From Planctomycetota bacterium (GTDB lineage Bacteria > Planctomycetota > PLA2 > JAEUHO01): a stretch of DNA of 64,000 nt. Position 1 is the stretch's first letter. Each line of letters begins with the position of its first letter. The position numbers were made by a program, and so were the translations under genes. The DNA is taken from assembly GCA_965222115.1 (NCBI GenBank), contig CBDCTJ010000007.1, positions 2,464,001-2,528,000 on the forward strand. Direction: 5' to 3'. The notes under the pieces are model-generated. The model did no database searches and was not told the origin of the DNA. It saw only the letters and a list, made by a program, of their open reading frames with translations. Of this stretch, positions 47,525-56,040 are shown one piece after another.

Positions 47525-47611
47525 CTGCTGTCCCTCCCGGACGGTTGCTTGTGTACGCAATTATTGCGCATACGCGCAACGTAACGAAGATCCTAATTGG
47601 GGGTTCGCAAC

Positions 47612-47962
47612 GTGACTCACCCCGACACGATTCTTGAGCCCATCCGTGTCCACCGCGATGGCGTGGATACAGGCGCATTGGCAGCCGGCACACCCGGCAT
47701 GCCGAGGCGCTTTCATTGGCGAAATCAAACGTACGACGTTGTTGAAGTGGGTCAGGCGGGCAAGACCACGGGTCCCTGTCGGAATGGAAGCGCTGAGCGT
47801 TACGTGCGACGACATTGGGCAGTTGTTCGTGTGAACTCGGGTGACGTCATGCGATTGACTGCCGAGCGCGGTGGGCGTCGCGGGTCGTCTCGCTGGTGGA
47901 TTACGCATCGGTGGCCTGCGGGTACCAACGAATCCCTGCGTGGCCTCGAGGCTACGAGGTAG
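47612..47962 (+). CDS. DUF6504-like small protein
   Basis: EPIRV...PRRFHWR...V.EV...RHW.V...RWW pattern. Confidence 0.65.
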   Translation: MTHPDTILEPIRVHRDGVDTGALAAGTPGMPRRFHWRNQTYDVVEVGQAGKTTGPCRNGSAERYVRRHWAVVRVNSGDVMRLTAERGGRRGSSRWWITHRWPAGTNESLRGLEATR

Positions 47963-48048
47963 TAGCCGCCTGTTAATTGCTGGTTTCGTTCGGTCGATAG
48001 GGGGCGCGAACCTCTGCGGAAGAACCGCGATTTCGTGCGGAGTCCCCC

Positions 48049-48969
48049 ATGTCGATTGTGTTTCGTGTAACTACGGGTCTCGCGGCGGTCCTGTTTTTCG
48101 GAACGTCGGTGTATGCCAAGTCATTTGACGTCGACGACGCGGGCGTCAAATTCAATCTACCTCTTGGATACTCATTCGCACAGTGCACAACGGGTGGCGG
48201 TACCTGAGGACGCTCCTCCACCCGTTCGTTGAACGGATTGAAGGTAGAGGGCCAGCCTTCCGTATACATCTACACCGGACCGAATGATTCGGGGTTTGTC
48301 TTGATCAAGGCCGATCTTGACTCGGGTGACGATGGTCCGAGTCGCGACCAGTTTCGAACCAAGCTGGAACAGGGTGCGAAGAAGGCAGAAGATAGCGGTC
48401 AACTTGCGGATGTGCGGGTCGTATCTCGCACGATCAAGGGTGCCGGTGGCCCCGCATTTGAAGTTGTTGGGACCGGCGAGCAACTCGGCGAAACGATGAC
48501 ACTTCGGACGTTGGCCGTGCTCTCAAACGACCGGGCCTACGTGTTCATTGCGACGGGCGACTCCGACACGAGCCTGGTTGCTGAACACGAATGGAGTTCG
48601 TTTCTCGCGAGTCTTGAAGTGAACACCGACAGCGGCATCCTTCCCCCGTGGGCACTCTACGGATTGGGCGGACTCGCCCTGCTTGGATTGTTGCTCTTGC
48701 TGCAAGGCAAAGGCTCGCCCTCGACGCGTCCCTACGTCGCTTCTCGGGCTTCATCGGCGGTTTCCAATGGGGGCGCCCGATCGCGCGCGACGGATGGATT
48801 GCCGAGGTACGACGGAGGCCCCTTGCAACGTCCCCATCTAGATTCACATCCGAGTGCGTTGCCTACACAGCGTCCGCTTGGGGTTGCGCGCACGTTACCG
48901 CCCCTCAAGCCATCGCGTCCGACGCCCCCTGGACTCTCGCGCACCATTCCCAGCCAAGACGGTCCATAG
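48049..48969 (+). CDS. Secreted, C-terminally anchored PsbP/DcrB-like protein with in-frame TGA at codon 53 (candidate selenoprotein or pseudogene)
   Basis: GGAG RBS, ATG 48049, signal peptide ending VYA. TGA at 48205-07 is in frame with ORF 48229-48969, which carries a TM (PPWALYGLGGLALLGLLLLL). Confidence 0.7.
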
Positions 48970-49043
48970 TTCCCAACGAAGCAACACCATCGAGGATCCC
49001 CAAGACCGCGGTACCATGTCGTTATCGAACTGGAGGTGTCCTC

Positions 49044-49520
49044 ATGGCCCGTCATCCGTGGATCTTGTTACTCGTCGCCTGTTTCTTCGTGCCTCAACTT
49101 GCGGGTTGCGGTAGTGACGAGGCGAGTGCCTACACCGAAGCCGAGCAACAGGCGATTCGTGAGGCCGATGCGAAGCGCGATATCGGATTGCCCGTGTGGT
49201 GCAAGGTTCGTAAGAAGGGTTGGGTCGATGGCGAGCCTGCCCAGTGCCCAGCGTGTGTTCAACAGGCGCTCAAGGAACTCTCCGACAAGAAAGACGCCGC
49301 GAAGATTGCCTCCAAGGCTGCGGAAGAAGCGCGTGGCCCGAAGTGCAGTTGCGAGAGTTGCGAATCGGGTAAGACGAATCCGGAAACGCATGCGAAACAA
49401 GAGTTCTACGATGGGTTCAGGATCCCCACGACTGAGGATGCCAAGACCGACACGCAAGCGGAACCCAAGAACAAGGCCGAATCCAAGAACAAGGACGATG
49501 CGTCCTCGGTTGACGAGTAG
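49044..49520 (+). CDS. Cys-rich lipoprotein
   Basis: GGAGG RBS, lipobox LAGC, motifs WC...GW.DG...CPAC and CSCESC. Confidence 0.75.
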   Translation: MARHPWILLLVACFFVPQLAGCGSDEASAYTEAEQQAIREADAKRDIGLPVWCKVRKKGWVDGEPAQCPACVQQALKELSDKKDAAKIASKAAEEARGPKCSCESCESGKTNPETHAKQEFYDGFRIPTTEDAKTDTQAEPKNKAESKNKDDASSVDE

Positions 49521-49549
49521 GGCGTGACGAGACTGCACGCATTTCATCG

Positions 49550-50497
49550 ATGAGCGGCGGCCCGCCCGAACCTTCGTGGTTTCGCACCCAGTTCGCCGAT
49601 GTCATAAAAGCGGCGGAAGCAGCCGGGTGGACGATTCAAGAGAATCGATCAATCGCCTACGGTCGCCTTACGCGCTGGATTGACCCCGGTGGAGGCAAGG
49701 CCACCCTCGCGTGCTACTTCGGCAAGAAGGGGTTTCGCGCGGTTCCGGGCGGCGCCCAGGGGAACACGCTCGCTGCCGTTCTTGAACTCGACGGAGCTAA
49801 GCCCAAGAGTGCGTCAACCAAGCGCAGGGTTGAATCTGAGACCGATCCCTTCGACGCGGGCTTCCCGCGTATCGGTGCCGATGAATCGGGCAAAGGCGAC
49901 TACTTCGGTCCGTTGGTTGTGGCGTCCTTCTATTTGGAAGCACACGTTGTTCCCGAACTTGCCAAACTTGGGGTGACCGACAGCAAGGCGCTCTCGGATC
50001 GACGAATACAAAGCATCGCAGGCGTGCTGGAACGCATAGGGGCTTGTGAAGTTCGCGTGCTGCAACCGGTGGAGTACAACCCGGCCTATGACGACATTCG
50101 AAACATCAATACGCTGCTGAGTCAGGAGCACGGCGCGTGCATCTCTGCGCTTGCAAAGCAAGCAAACGTGCGTCCTGCGTCGATCGTGGTGGACCGCTAC
50201 AGTGTGAAAACGAAGCCCCTGGAGTCCGCGATCCAACTTCCCGGCGCGACGTCATGGCCTCGCCTCATCACAGAACCTAAGGGCGAGCGGGATCCAGCCG
50301 TTGCGGCGGCGAGCATCTTGGCCCGCGCAGCATTCTTAGATGGCCTGAGCGACCTCAACAACGAGTACGGCGTCACGTTTCCTCCCGGCGCCGGCGCTCC
50401 CGTCCTCAAAGCGGGGAAGGCTTTCGTGCGCGACTTCGGACGCGAGCGATTGCATGGTGTGGCGAAAGTTCATTTCAAAACGACGCAGCAATTGTAG
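49550..50497 (+). CDS. rnhC: Ribonuclease HIII
   Basis: IGADESGKGDYFGPLVVA, GVTDSK, VAAASILAR, AKVHFKT. Confidence 0.92.
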   Translation: MSGGPPEPSWFRTQFADVIKAAEAAGWTIQENRSIAYGRLTRWIDPGGGKATLACYFGKKGFRAVPGGAQGNTLAAVLELDGAKPKSASTKRRVESETDPFDAGFPRIGADESGKGDYFGPLVVASFYLEAHVVPELAKLGVTDSKALSDRRIQSIAGVLERIGACEVRVLQPVEYNPAYDDIRNINTLLSQEHGACISALAKQANVRPASIVVDRYSVKTKPLESAIQLPGATSWPRLITEPKGERDPAVAAASILARAAFLDGLSDLNNEYGVTFPPGAGAPVLKAGKAFVRDFGRERLHGVAKVHFKTTQQL

Positions 50498-50511
50498 GTA
50501 TCCGTTCAACG

Positions 50512-51141
50512 CTACGTATTCGTTGCGCGTTCAATCAACTTTGCGAGGCGGTGCTCCTTGGTGTGGGCGTAGAGATCGAACGCGATCTTGATCAGTACGA
50601 GTATGACCAAAACGCCTGACGCGCCGCCGACGGTCATCACAAAGAATCCACCGAAAATGAGCGCGACGTGCATGGCAACTACGCGCAGGTAGGCCCTCGT
50701 CATCACATCGAACGTGGACAGGTTTTGAGCTTCCTTGCCTCGTAAGAAATTGAGCACGAACGATATGCCATGACTGGCAAACATGGCGCCGAGTACGAAG
50801 GACCAATGCGGTTTGAGGGCGCCCAATTGCTTTGGTATGACATCCCATGGCGCGAAGGTCATGCCCTCCTCTGAGGTAAACTGCCCCAGAAAGGCGGCGT
50901 GGACGAACATGAACAGGCCAAAGTGCACGCAGAAGAATGGTATGAGCGCGATGGACGACCAGCCCGCGACGAATGGCAGTTTGAGTATGGCGTAAAACCC
51001 AATGATGACGGTTTCTGCCCAGTACAGATGCAGCACCATTCCGATGTCCCACCCTTGAAACAGCACGCCGTAGATCGGTATGAGATTGACTAGAATGAGC
51101 GAGAGAATGGCGAACGGGTGAGAGCCACGCGCATTGGGCAT
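50512..51141 (-). CDS. DUF6498-like membrane protein
   Basis: NLIPIYGVLF.GW, YWAE..IIG, FFCVHFG.F..VH, Y.RVVAMH motifs. Confidence 0.75.
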   Translation of the reverse strand: MPNARGSHPFAILSLILVNLIPIYGVLFQGWDIGMVLHLYWAETVIIGFYAILKLPFVAGWSSIALIPFFCVHFGLFMFVHAAFLGQFTSEEGMTFAPWDVIPKQLGALKPHWSFVLGAMFASHGISFVLNFLRGKEAQNLSTFDVMTRAYLRVVAMHVALIFGGFFVMTVGGASGVLVILVLIKIAFDLYAHTKEHRLAKLIERATNT

Positions 51142-51160
51142 GAGGAGTTCCAGAAATTCG

Positions 51161-52939
51161 CTAAGCGGCGTACTCGCTATACAGGCGGCAGTATACACCT
51201 TGTTTCGCCAACAATTCGCTGTGTGTGCCGCGTTCCACAATGCGACCGGATTCCATGACCAGAATCTGATCCGCCTCTTTGATGGTAGAGAGCCGGTGGG
51301 CAATGACCACGGTCGTTTGCTGCGCCGCGAGCTTCTTCATGGCTTCGAGTATGGTGGCCTCCGTTCGCGTATCGACCGCACTGGTAGCTTCGTCAAAGAT
51401 GAGCAGCGAGGGTCGCGCAAGCAGTGCGCGCACGAAACACACGATCTGTCGCTCACCCTCGGAGAGATTCGCGCCGCGTTCTCCAACATCGGTCGCCAGT
51501 CCCTTCACAAAGCGGTCGAGCACATGGCGGCATCCGAGTTGTTCGAATCCTTCAAGCGCCTCAGCCTCTGATAGGTCCGGCGCGACGAAGCGCAGGTTTT
51601 CGAGCACCGTGCCCGCGAACAGGAAGTTGGACTGCAACACGATACCGGTTTGGCGATGCAACGCTTCCAAGGTGATGTCCTGAATGTCGCTGCCGTCGAG
51701 CAAGACCTGCCCTTTGGATGTTTCGTAAAAGCGTGCCAACAGGTTGATCACGGACGTCTTGCCCGCGCCGGTATGGCCCACCAACGCAACGGTCTTGCCG
51801 GGCTCCACGACGAAGTTGACGTCTTCCAACTGCCAGCCGTCCTTTCCTTCCGGGTCGTAGCTGAAGAAGACGTCGCGGAATTCAATATGCCCGCGCAGGC
51901 GTCCGGGATCAGTAGCCGTGTCGCGATCGGCGACTTCCGGGTCGGTATCCAACAGTAAGAAAATGCGCTCCGCGGCCGCACCGGCCACCAGACACTCGTT
52001 GTAGAGACCGCCCAGTCCCTCAATGGGGCCAAGCACAAAGCCCAACAAGAGTATGAACTCAAGGAGTCCGCCAATGCTGAGGGCCCCGGAAGCAACTTCT
52101 CCGCTGCCGACCCAAAGAACAATGACCAGCACCATGTGATAGGCGATGCCGAGACTCGGCCAGTACATGCCCGACACGCGCGCGCCACGCATGACTTCCT
52201 TGCGATAGCTCTGTTGGAGTCCCCCGAGTTTCTCTCGCTCGCGATCCTCTGCGCGGAATGCCTGGATCACGCGTACCCCGGTAATGGACTCCGCCACATG
52301 GGCGGTGATCGCCGACTGCGCCTCGCGGATGCGACGGTACGCCGGAAACGCGAGATGATGAAATACACGCGTGATCACGAAGACAAGTGGCAGCGCGGCC
52401 ACCAACCAAAGCGCAAGGCCAGCATTGAGCGAGATCAATCGGGCGATTGCCACCGTCAAACTCACAATCGCCATGGACACGATGATTGGACCCCAGAACA
52501 AAAGTTGTTCTAGGGAATCCACATCGCGGTCGGCGCGCGCAATGATGCGCCCTTGTTTGGTGCGATCGAAGTAACGCATGCTAAGGCGTTGCACATGATC
52601 GAATACATCGCGTCGGACGTCGTGGAGCACGTTTACGCCGAGGGCGGTGGACGCGCGCAACTCAATGCGTGTATTGAATGAGCGGAAGCCCAAGTTGAGG
52701 AGAATAGCGCCCACGTAGAGCGCCACGCCACCAAAGTTGCCCTCACGAATCGGGCCATCCACCGCATGGTGCACAAGCACCGCGTCGAGCACCATGCTCA
52801 GGACCCATACGACTTCCAGCAGTACTGCCTTAGCAACAAGACCCTTGTAGGGTTTGATGTAGCTCATGATCCGACCGAACGTGGCCCGTTTTAGACTCGT
52901 CTTGGCGAATTCTTCTTCGAGGTCGATGGCATGTGTCAT
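51161..52939 (-). CDS. ABC exporter subunit (TMD+NBD), consensus-site partner
   Basis: GHTGAGKT, LSEGERQ, IFDEATS, IAHRLS. Confidence 0.93.
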   Translation of the reverse strand: MTHAIDLEEEFAKTSLKRATFGRIMSYIKPYKGLVAKAVLLEVVWVLSMVLDAVLVHHAVDGPIREGNFGGVALYVGAILLNLGFRSFNTRIELRASTALGVNVLHDVRRDVFDHVQRLSMRYFDRTKQGRIIARADRDVDSLEQLLFWGPIIVSMAIVSLTVAIARLISLNAGLALWLVAALPLVFVITRVFHHLAFPAYRRIREAQSAITAHVAESITGVRVIQAFRAEDREREKLGGLQQSYRKEVMRGARVSGMYWPSLGIAYHMVLVIVLWVGSGEVASGALSIGGLLEFILLLGFVLGPIEGLGGLYNECLVAGAAAERIFLLLDTDPEVADRDTATDPGRLRGHIEFRDVFFSYDPEGKDGWQLEDVNFVVEPGKTVALVGHTGAGKTSVINLLARFYETSKGQVLLDGSDIQDITLEALHRQTGIVLQSNFLFAGTVLENLRFVAPDLSEAEALEGFEQLGCRHVLDRFVKGLATDVGERGANLSEGERQIVCFVRALLARPSLLIFDEATSAVDTRTEATILEAMKKLAAQQTTVVIAHRLSTIKEADQILVMESGRIVERGTHSELLAKQGVYCRLYSEYAA

Positions 52940-54738
52940 GAGCCCACCTCCCCGAGTTGCTGATGGCGAGCGATCTCTGCGTACAGCGGAGACGACTGCA
53001 TCAATGTGTCATGCGTGCCTTGGGCGACGAGCACGCCGTCGTCCAGGACGACAATGCGATCGCACCAACGCACAGACGGTACGCGCTGACTGATCACAAG
53101 CGTGGTGCGGCCCTCAGACGCCTTGCGAATTCCATCAAAGAGTTGCTTCTCGGTCGCCGCATCGACACTTGCCGTGGCGTCGTCGAAAATGAGCACGCGC
53201 GGGTTCATGACCAACGCGCGGGCAATCGTCAATCGTTGGCGTTGGCCGCCCGATAGACTCACGCCGCGCTCGCCAACCATGGTCTCGTACCCGTCTGGTA
53301 GCGCTTCGACAAAGTTCTTGGCCGCCGACAGTTCAATGCAGTTGGAAACATCCTCTTGGGTGGCCGCGGGGCGTCCGTAAGCAACGTTGCCTTTGACCGT
53401 ATCGGAGAAGAGAAACGCTTCTTGGAACACGAGACCTACCGCCGCACGCAATTCGTCGATCGCAAGTTCCGGTAACGGATGGCCGTCGATTCGAATCTCA
53501 CCCTTTGTCGGTTCGTAGTAGCGCGGAACGAGCCCTACGAGCGTGCTCTTGCCTGCTCCGGTGGTACCTATGATGCCGACGGACTCGCCGGGAGTGATGT
53601 CGAGCGATACGCCGCGAAGCACGGGCGGTCCTTCGGGATACGCGAAATGCACGTTGTCAAACGTCAAGCGTCCGCCCTGTTTCGGAAGGGTGGCAGGCGT
53701 GATTGGATCTTCGATGTGATCGTTGACATCAAGTACGTCAAAAACGCGCGCCGCACTCGCAACGGCCTTTTGTCCCACGATAACCATGCGCGTGAGTGGG
53801 CGCATCTGATGATGGAGAATGCGGACGTAGAGCAATGCGGCGACCAACTCGCCCACGCTTGCGTGGCCCGCCGAAATGCGCCAACCGGCCAACAGCAAGA
53901 CGAAGGGTACGCACAGCGAAAAGCACAGCCCATTGATGAGCGGCATGACGCCCGTCCAATAGCGCTCCAGTTTGCGCCATGTCGACGTAAACGAGGTCAT
54001 CTCACCGCCGAACTTCGATGACTCGCTGCGTTCACGACCAAAGGCGCGAACCACGCGTGCGCCCGCGACATTCTCCTGAAGCACGGTAGTGACATCGTCG
54101 TAGACATCGCACACGTCTTTGTCGAGCCGTGCGATTTTTCGACCGGTGCGAATGCAGGCGAAGATGCCAACCGCATAGACGGCCAGCGTCACCAGCCCGT
54201 ACGACCAGTGCACGATGAACAGCATGACTTGGATCACGAGAAACAAGGCCGCGATCTGCGCGTAGCCGAACCACACCTCGCGAAAGAAGCGTTTGACTTG
54301 ATCCATGTCGCGTAGGGAGCGGGCGATGGTCTTGCCACTTCGATTCTTGTCGTGGTACCGAAACCGCAAGTGCATCACATGATCAAACAACCGCGTGCGC
54401 ATGTTGTTCTCGAGGTCTTGCCCCACACTCGCAGCGGCCACCGTAGAGAAATAGAACGCGAGATGCTTGCCCAGCAAAACGCCCGCCAACGCCAACAACA
54501 CGCCGTAAACCGGACCAAAGTCAAATCCGCGGGCATGTTCTGGCGTGGGCAGCATCTCCACAACGCGGCTCACGAGCAGCGGGTACACGGAGTCGAATGC
54601 GGTGCGCAAGAGAATGAGGGCAATGACACCGAGCGCGGCGCCTAGCACGGGGCGAAAGCACGCGATCAATCGACGCAGTGTCTCTACGGACGCGGTCGAA
54701 TCCGGTTCGGTTGAGGGTGTAGGTAACGTGGAGTTCAT
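52936..54738 (-). CDS. ABC exporter subunit (TMD+NBD), degenerate-site partner of a heterodimer
   Basis: GTTGAGKS, LSGGQRQ, Walker B FDDAT and switch ISQR (degenerate); 4-nt overlap with its partner. Confidence 0.93.
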   Translation of the reverse strand: MNSTLPTPSTEPDSTASVETLRRLIACFRPVLGAALGVIALILLRTAFDSVYPLLVSRVVEMLPTPEHARGFDFGPVYGVLLALAGVLLGKHLAFYFSTVAAASVGQDLENNMRTRLFDHVMHLRFRYHDKNRSGKTIARSLRDMDQVKRFFREVWFGYAQIAALFLVIQVMLFIVHWSYGLVTLAVYAVGIFACIRTGRKIARLDKDVCDVYDDVTTVLQENVAGARVVRAFGRERSESSKFGGEMTSFTSTWRKLERYWTGVMPLINGLCFSLCVPFVLLLAGWRISAGHASVGELVAALLYVRILHHQMRPLTRMVIVGQKAVASAARVFDVLDVNDHIEDPITPATLPKQGGRLTFDNVHFAYPEGPPVLRGVSLDITPGESVGIIGTTGAGKSTLVGLVPRYYEPTKGEIRIDGHPLPELAIDELRAAVGLVFQEAFLFSDTVKGNVAYGRPAATQEDVSNCIELSAAKNFVEALPDGYETMVGERGVSLSGGQRQRLTIARALVMNPRVLIFDDATASVDAATEKQLFDGIRKASEGRTTLVISQRVPSVRWCDRIVVLDDGVLVAQGTHDTLMQSSPLYAEIARHQQLGEVGS

Positions 54739-54947
54739 AATGATCGTGGGGGTTCAAAATTAGGAAGCTGAAGAAGGACTTAGCGAAAGCGCGTGTGATG
54801 GGGGACATCACGCGAGATGCTGGACGACCGCAACGGGACTGACGTCCACGAGATGGGCCAACACAAGGGGGCGCTCGCTCAGGCGGCGCGCCAGGCCAGA
54901 AAGGCCGGATGGTCGTACGTTGATGCTTTCGCCGACCGGCGAAAGAG

Positions 54948-55178
54948 TCACGCAATCGCGTGGGTAGGCATCTGTGGCGAAGGGGCCACGACTGAACACG
55001 CGGCTCGTGATGCATAGCGAATTACGAAATCGCAATACTCGTATTCGCCGGAGGCACCATTGCCTTTCGTTCGCTCCGAGACACCGACCGAGACACCGAA
55101 GCAAGGCCTGATGCCAAACACATCACCGGCGACGATCTGTGCGACGTTTTTGCTGGTGGTGATGGTTGTATGGGTCAT
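54948..55178 (-). CDS. Putative leader ORF (76 aa) upstream of the ABC exporter
   Basis: GAGGTG RBS before ATG 55178; an 8-bp hairpin (54926-54945) follows 2 nt after its stop. Confidence 0.45.
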   Translation of the reverse strand: MTHTTITTSKNVAQIVAGDVFGIRPCFGVSVGVSERTKGNGASGEYEYCDFVIRYASRAACSVVAPSPQMPTHAIA

Positions 55179-55355
55179 AGCACACCTCGGATTTCGGCGT
55201 TTGGCGGCTATCGCACGCACCCAAATGCAGGTCGTTGAAGCGCGGCGATGAACCGTAGGTTCGTTTCGTGGCCCAAGAACGTAGGCTGAGGCCGCCCCAT
55301 TCGCAAGGTTCGTTTCTTGGTGTGGGGCTTTGGACCTTGCGAGGCGCCACTCCCA

Positions 55356-56027
55356 ATGACCACATCGTTTTCCCGTAGCACGTTTCCATGGCGTAATACC
55401 CCACAGGTGATCGCGGACCTCCTTCAGGAGGGCATTGCAATTTCGCCCAGCAAGAGCGGACGCGCCTTTGTCGGCGATACGGGCGAGGGCATCATTCGCT
55501 TGGAGCCCCCCGCACTCATTCCACTCGATGGACCGGATGAACAGGTCGAGGCCTACCTATCCCGTTTTCCGATCGAGCTCGGACTTCAGTATGTGCTACT
55601 GATGCAAGCCGGCGCCGCTGCGATGGGACTCTGGCGCGAGAACGAGCTCATCCGCCACAAGTGCATCACGAAATACGTCGTTCGGGGTAAGGGACGCGCG
55701 CAGCCGCTGTATTCAAAGACGAAGGGAAAGTCGCGCTACGGTTCGCGGCTGCGACTTCAGAACGCCAAAGCGCTACTTGTTGAAACAAATGAAAAGATGC
55801 TCCAGTGGTGGGAGGAGGAAGGAGCTTTTGATTCCATCTATTTCAATTGCCCGCAGCGTCTATGGCCCGAGCTCTTTTTGGTCAAACCCGCGCCGCCCTA
55901 TCCTCAGCGCGACGTGCCCAAGCGCTTGCCCTATGACGTACACGAGCCGCGTTTTGACGAACTCAAGCGCATTCGCCGCAAGATGCTGCGGGGCGCGTTA
56001 CTTCGCCCCATTTCGACGAAGCAATAA
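55356..56027 (+). CDS. VLRF1 (Vms1/ANKZF1-like) release-factor homologue, bVLRF1-like
   Basis: LMQAGAAAMG...HKCITKYVVRGKGRAQ...KTKGKSRYGSRLR matches the recalled bVLRF1 pattern. Confidence 0.72.
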   Translation: MTTSFSRSTFPWRNTPQVIADLLQEGIAISPSKSGRAFVGDTGEGIIRLEPPALIPLDGPDEQVEAYLSRFPIELGLQYVLLMQAGAAAMGLWRENELIRHKCITKYVVRGKGRAQPLYSKTKGKSRYGSRLRLQNAKALLVETNEKMLQWWEEEGAFDSIYFNCPQRLWPELFLVKPAPPYPQRDVPKRLPYDVHEPRFDELKRIRRKMLRGALLRPISTKQ

Positions 56028-56040
56028 CAGGCACATCAAT

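Noticed and set aside
48205-48207. Genome-wide TGA recoding (code 4/25) as the explanation of the in-frame stop
   Set aside because: Many genes here end at TGA with coupled starts (e.g. argC/argD, argF'/argB, resB/ccsA), so TGA is a normal stop.
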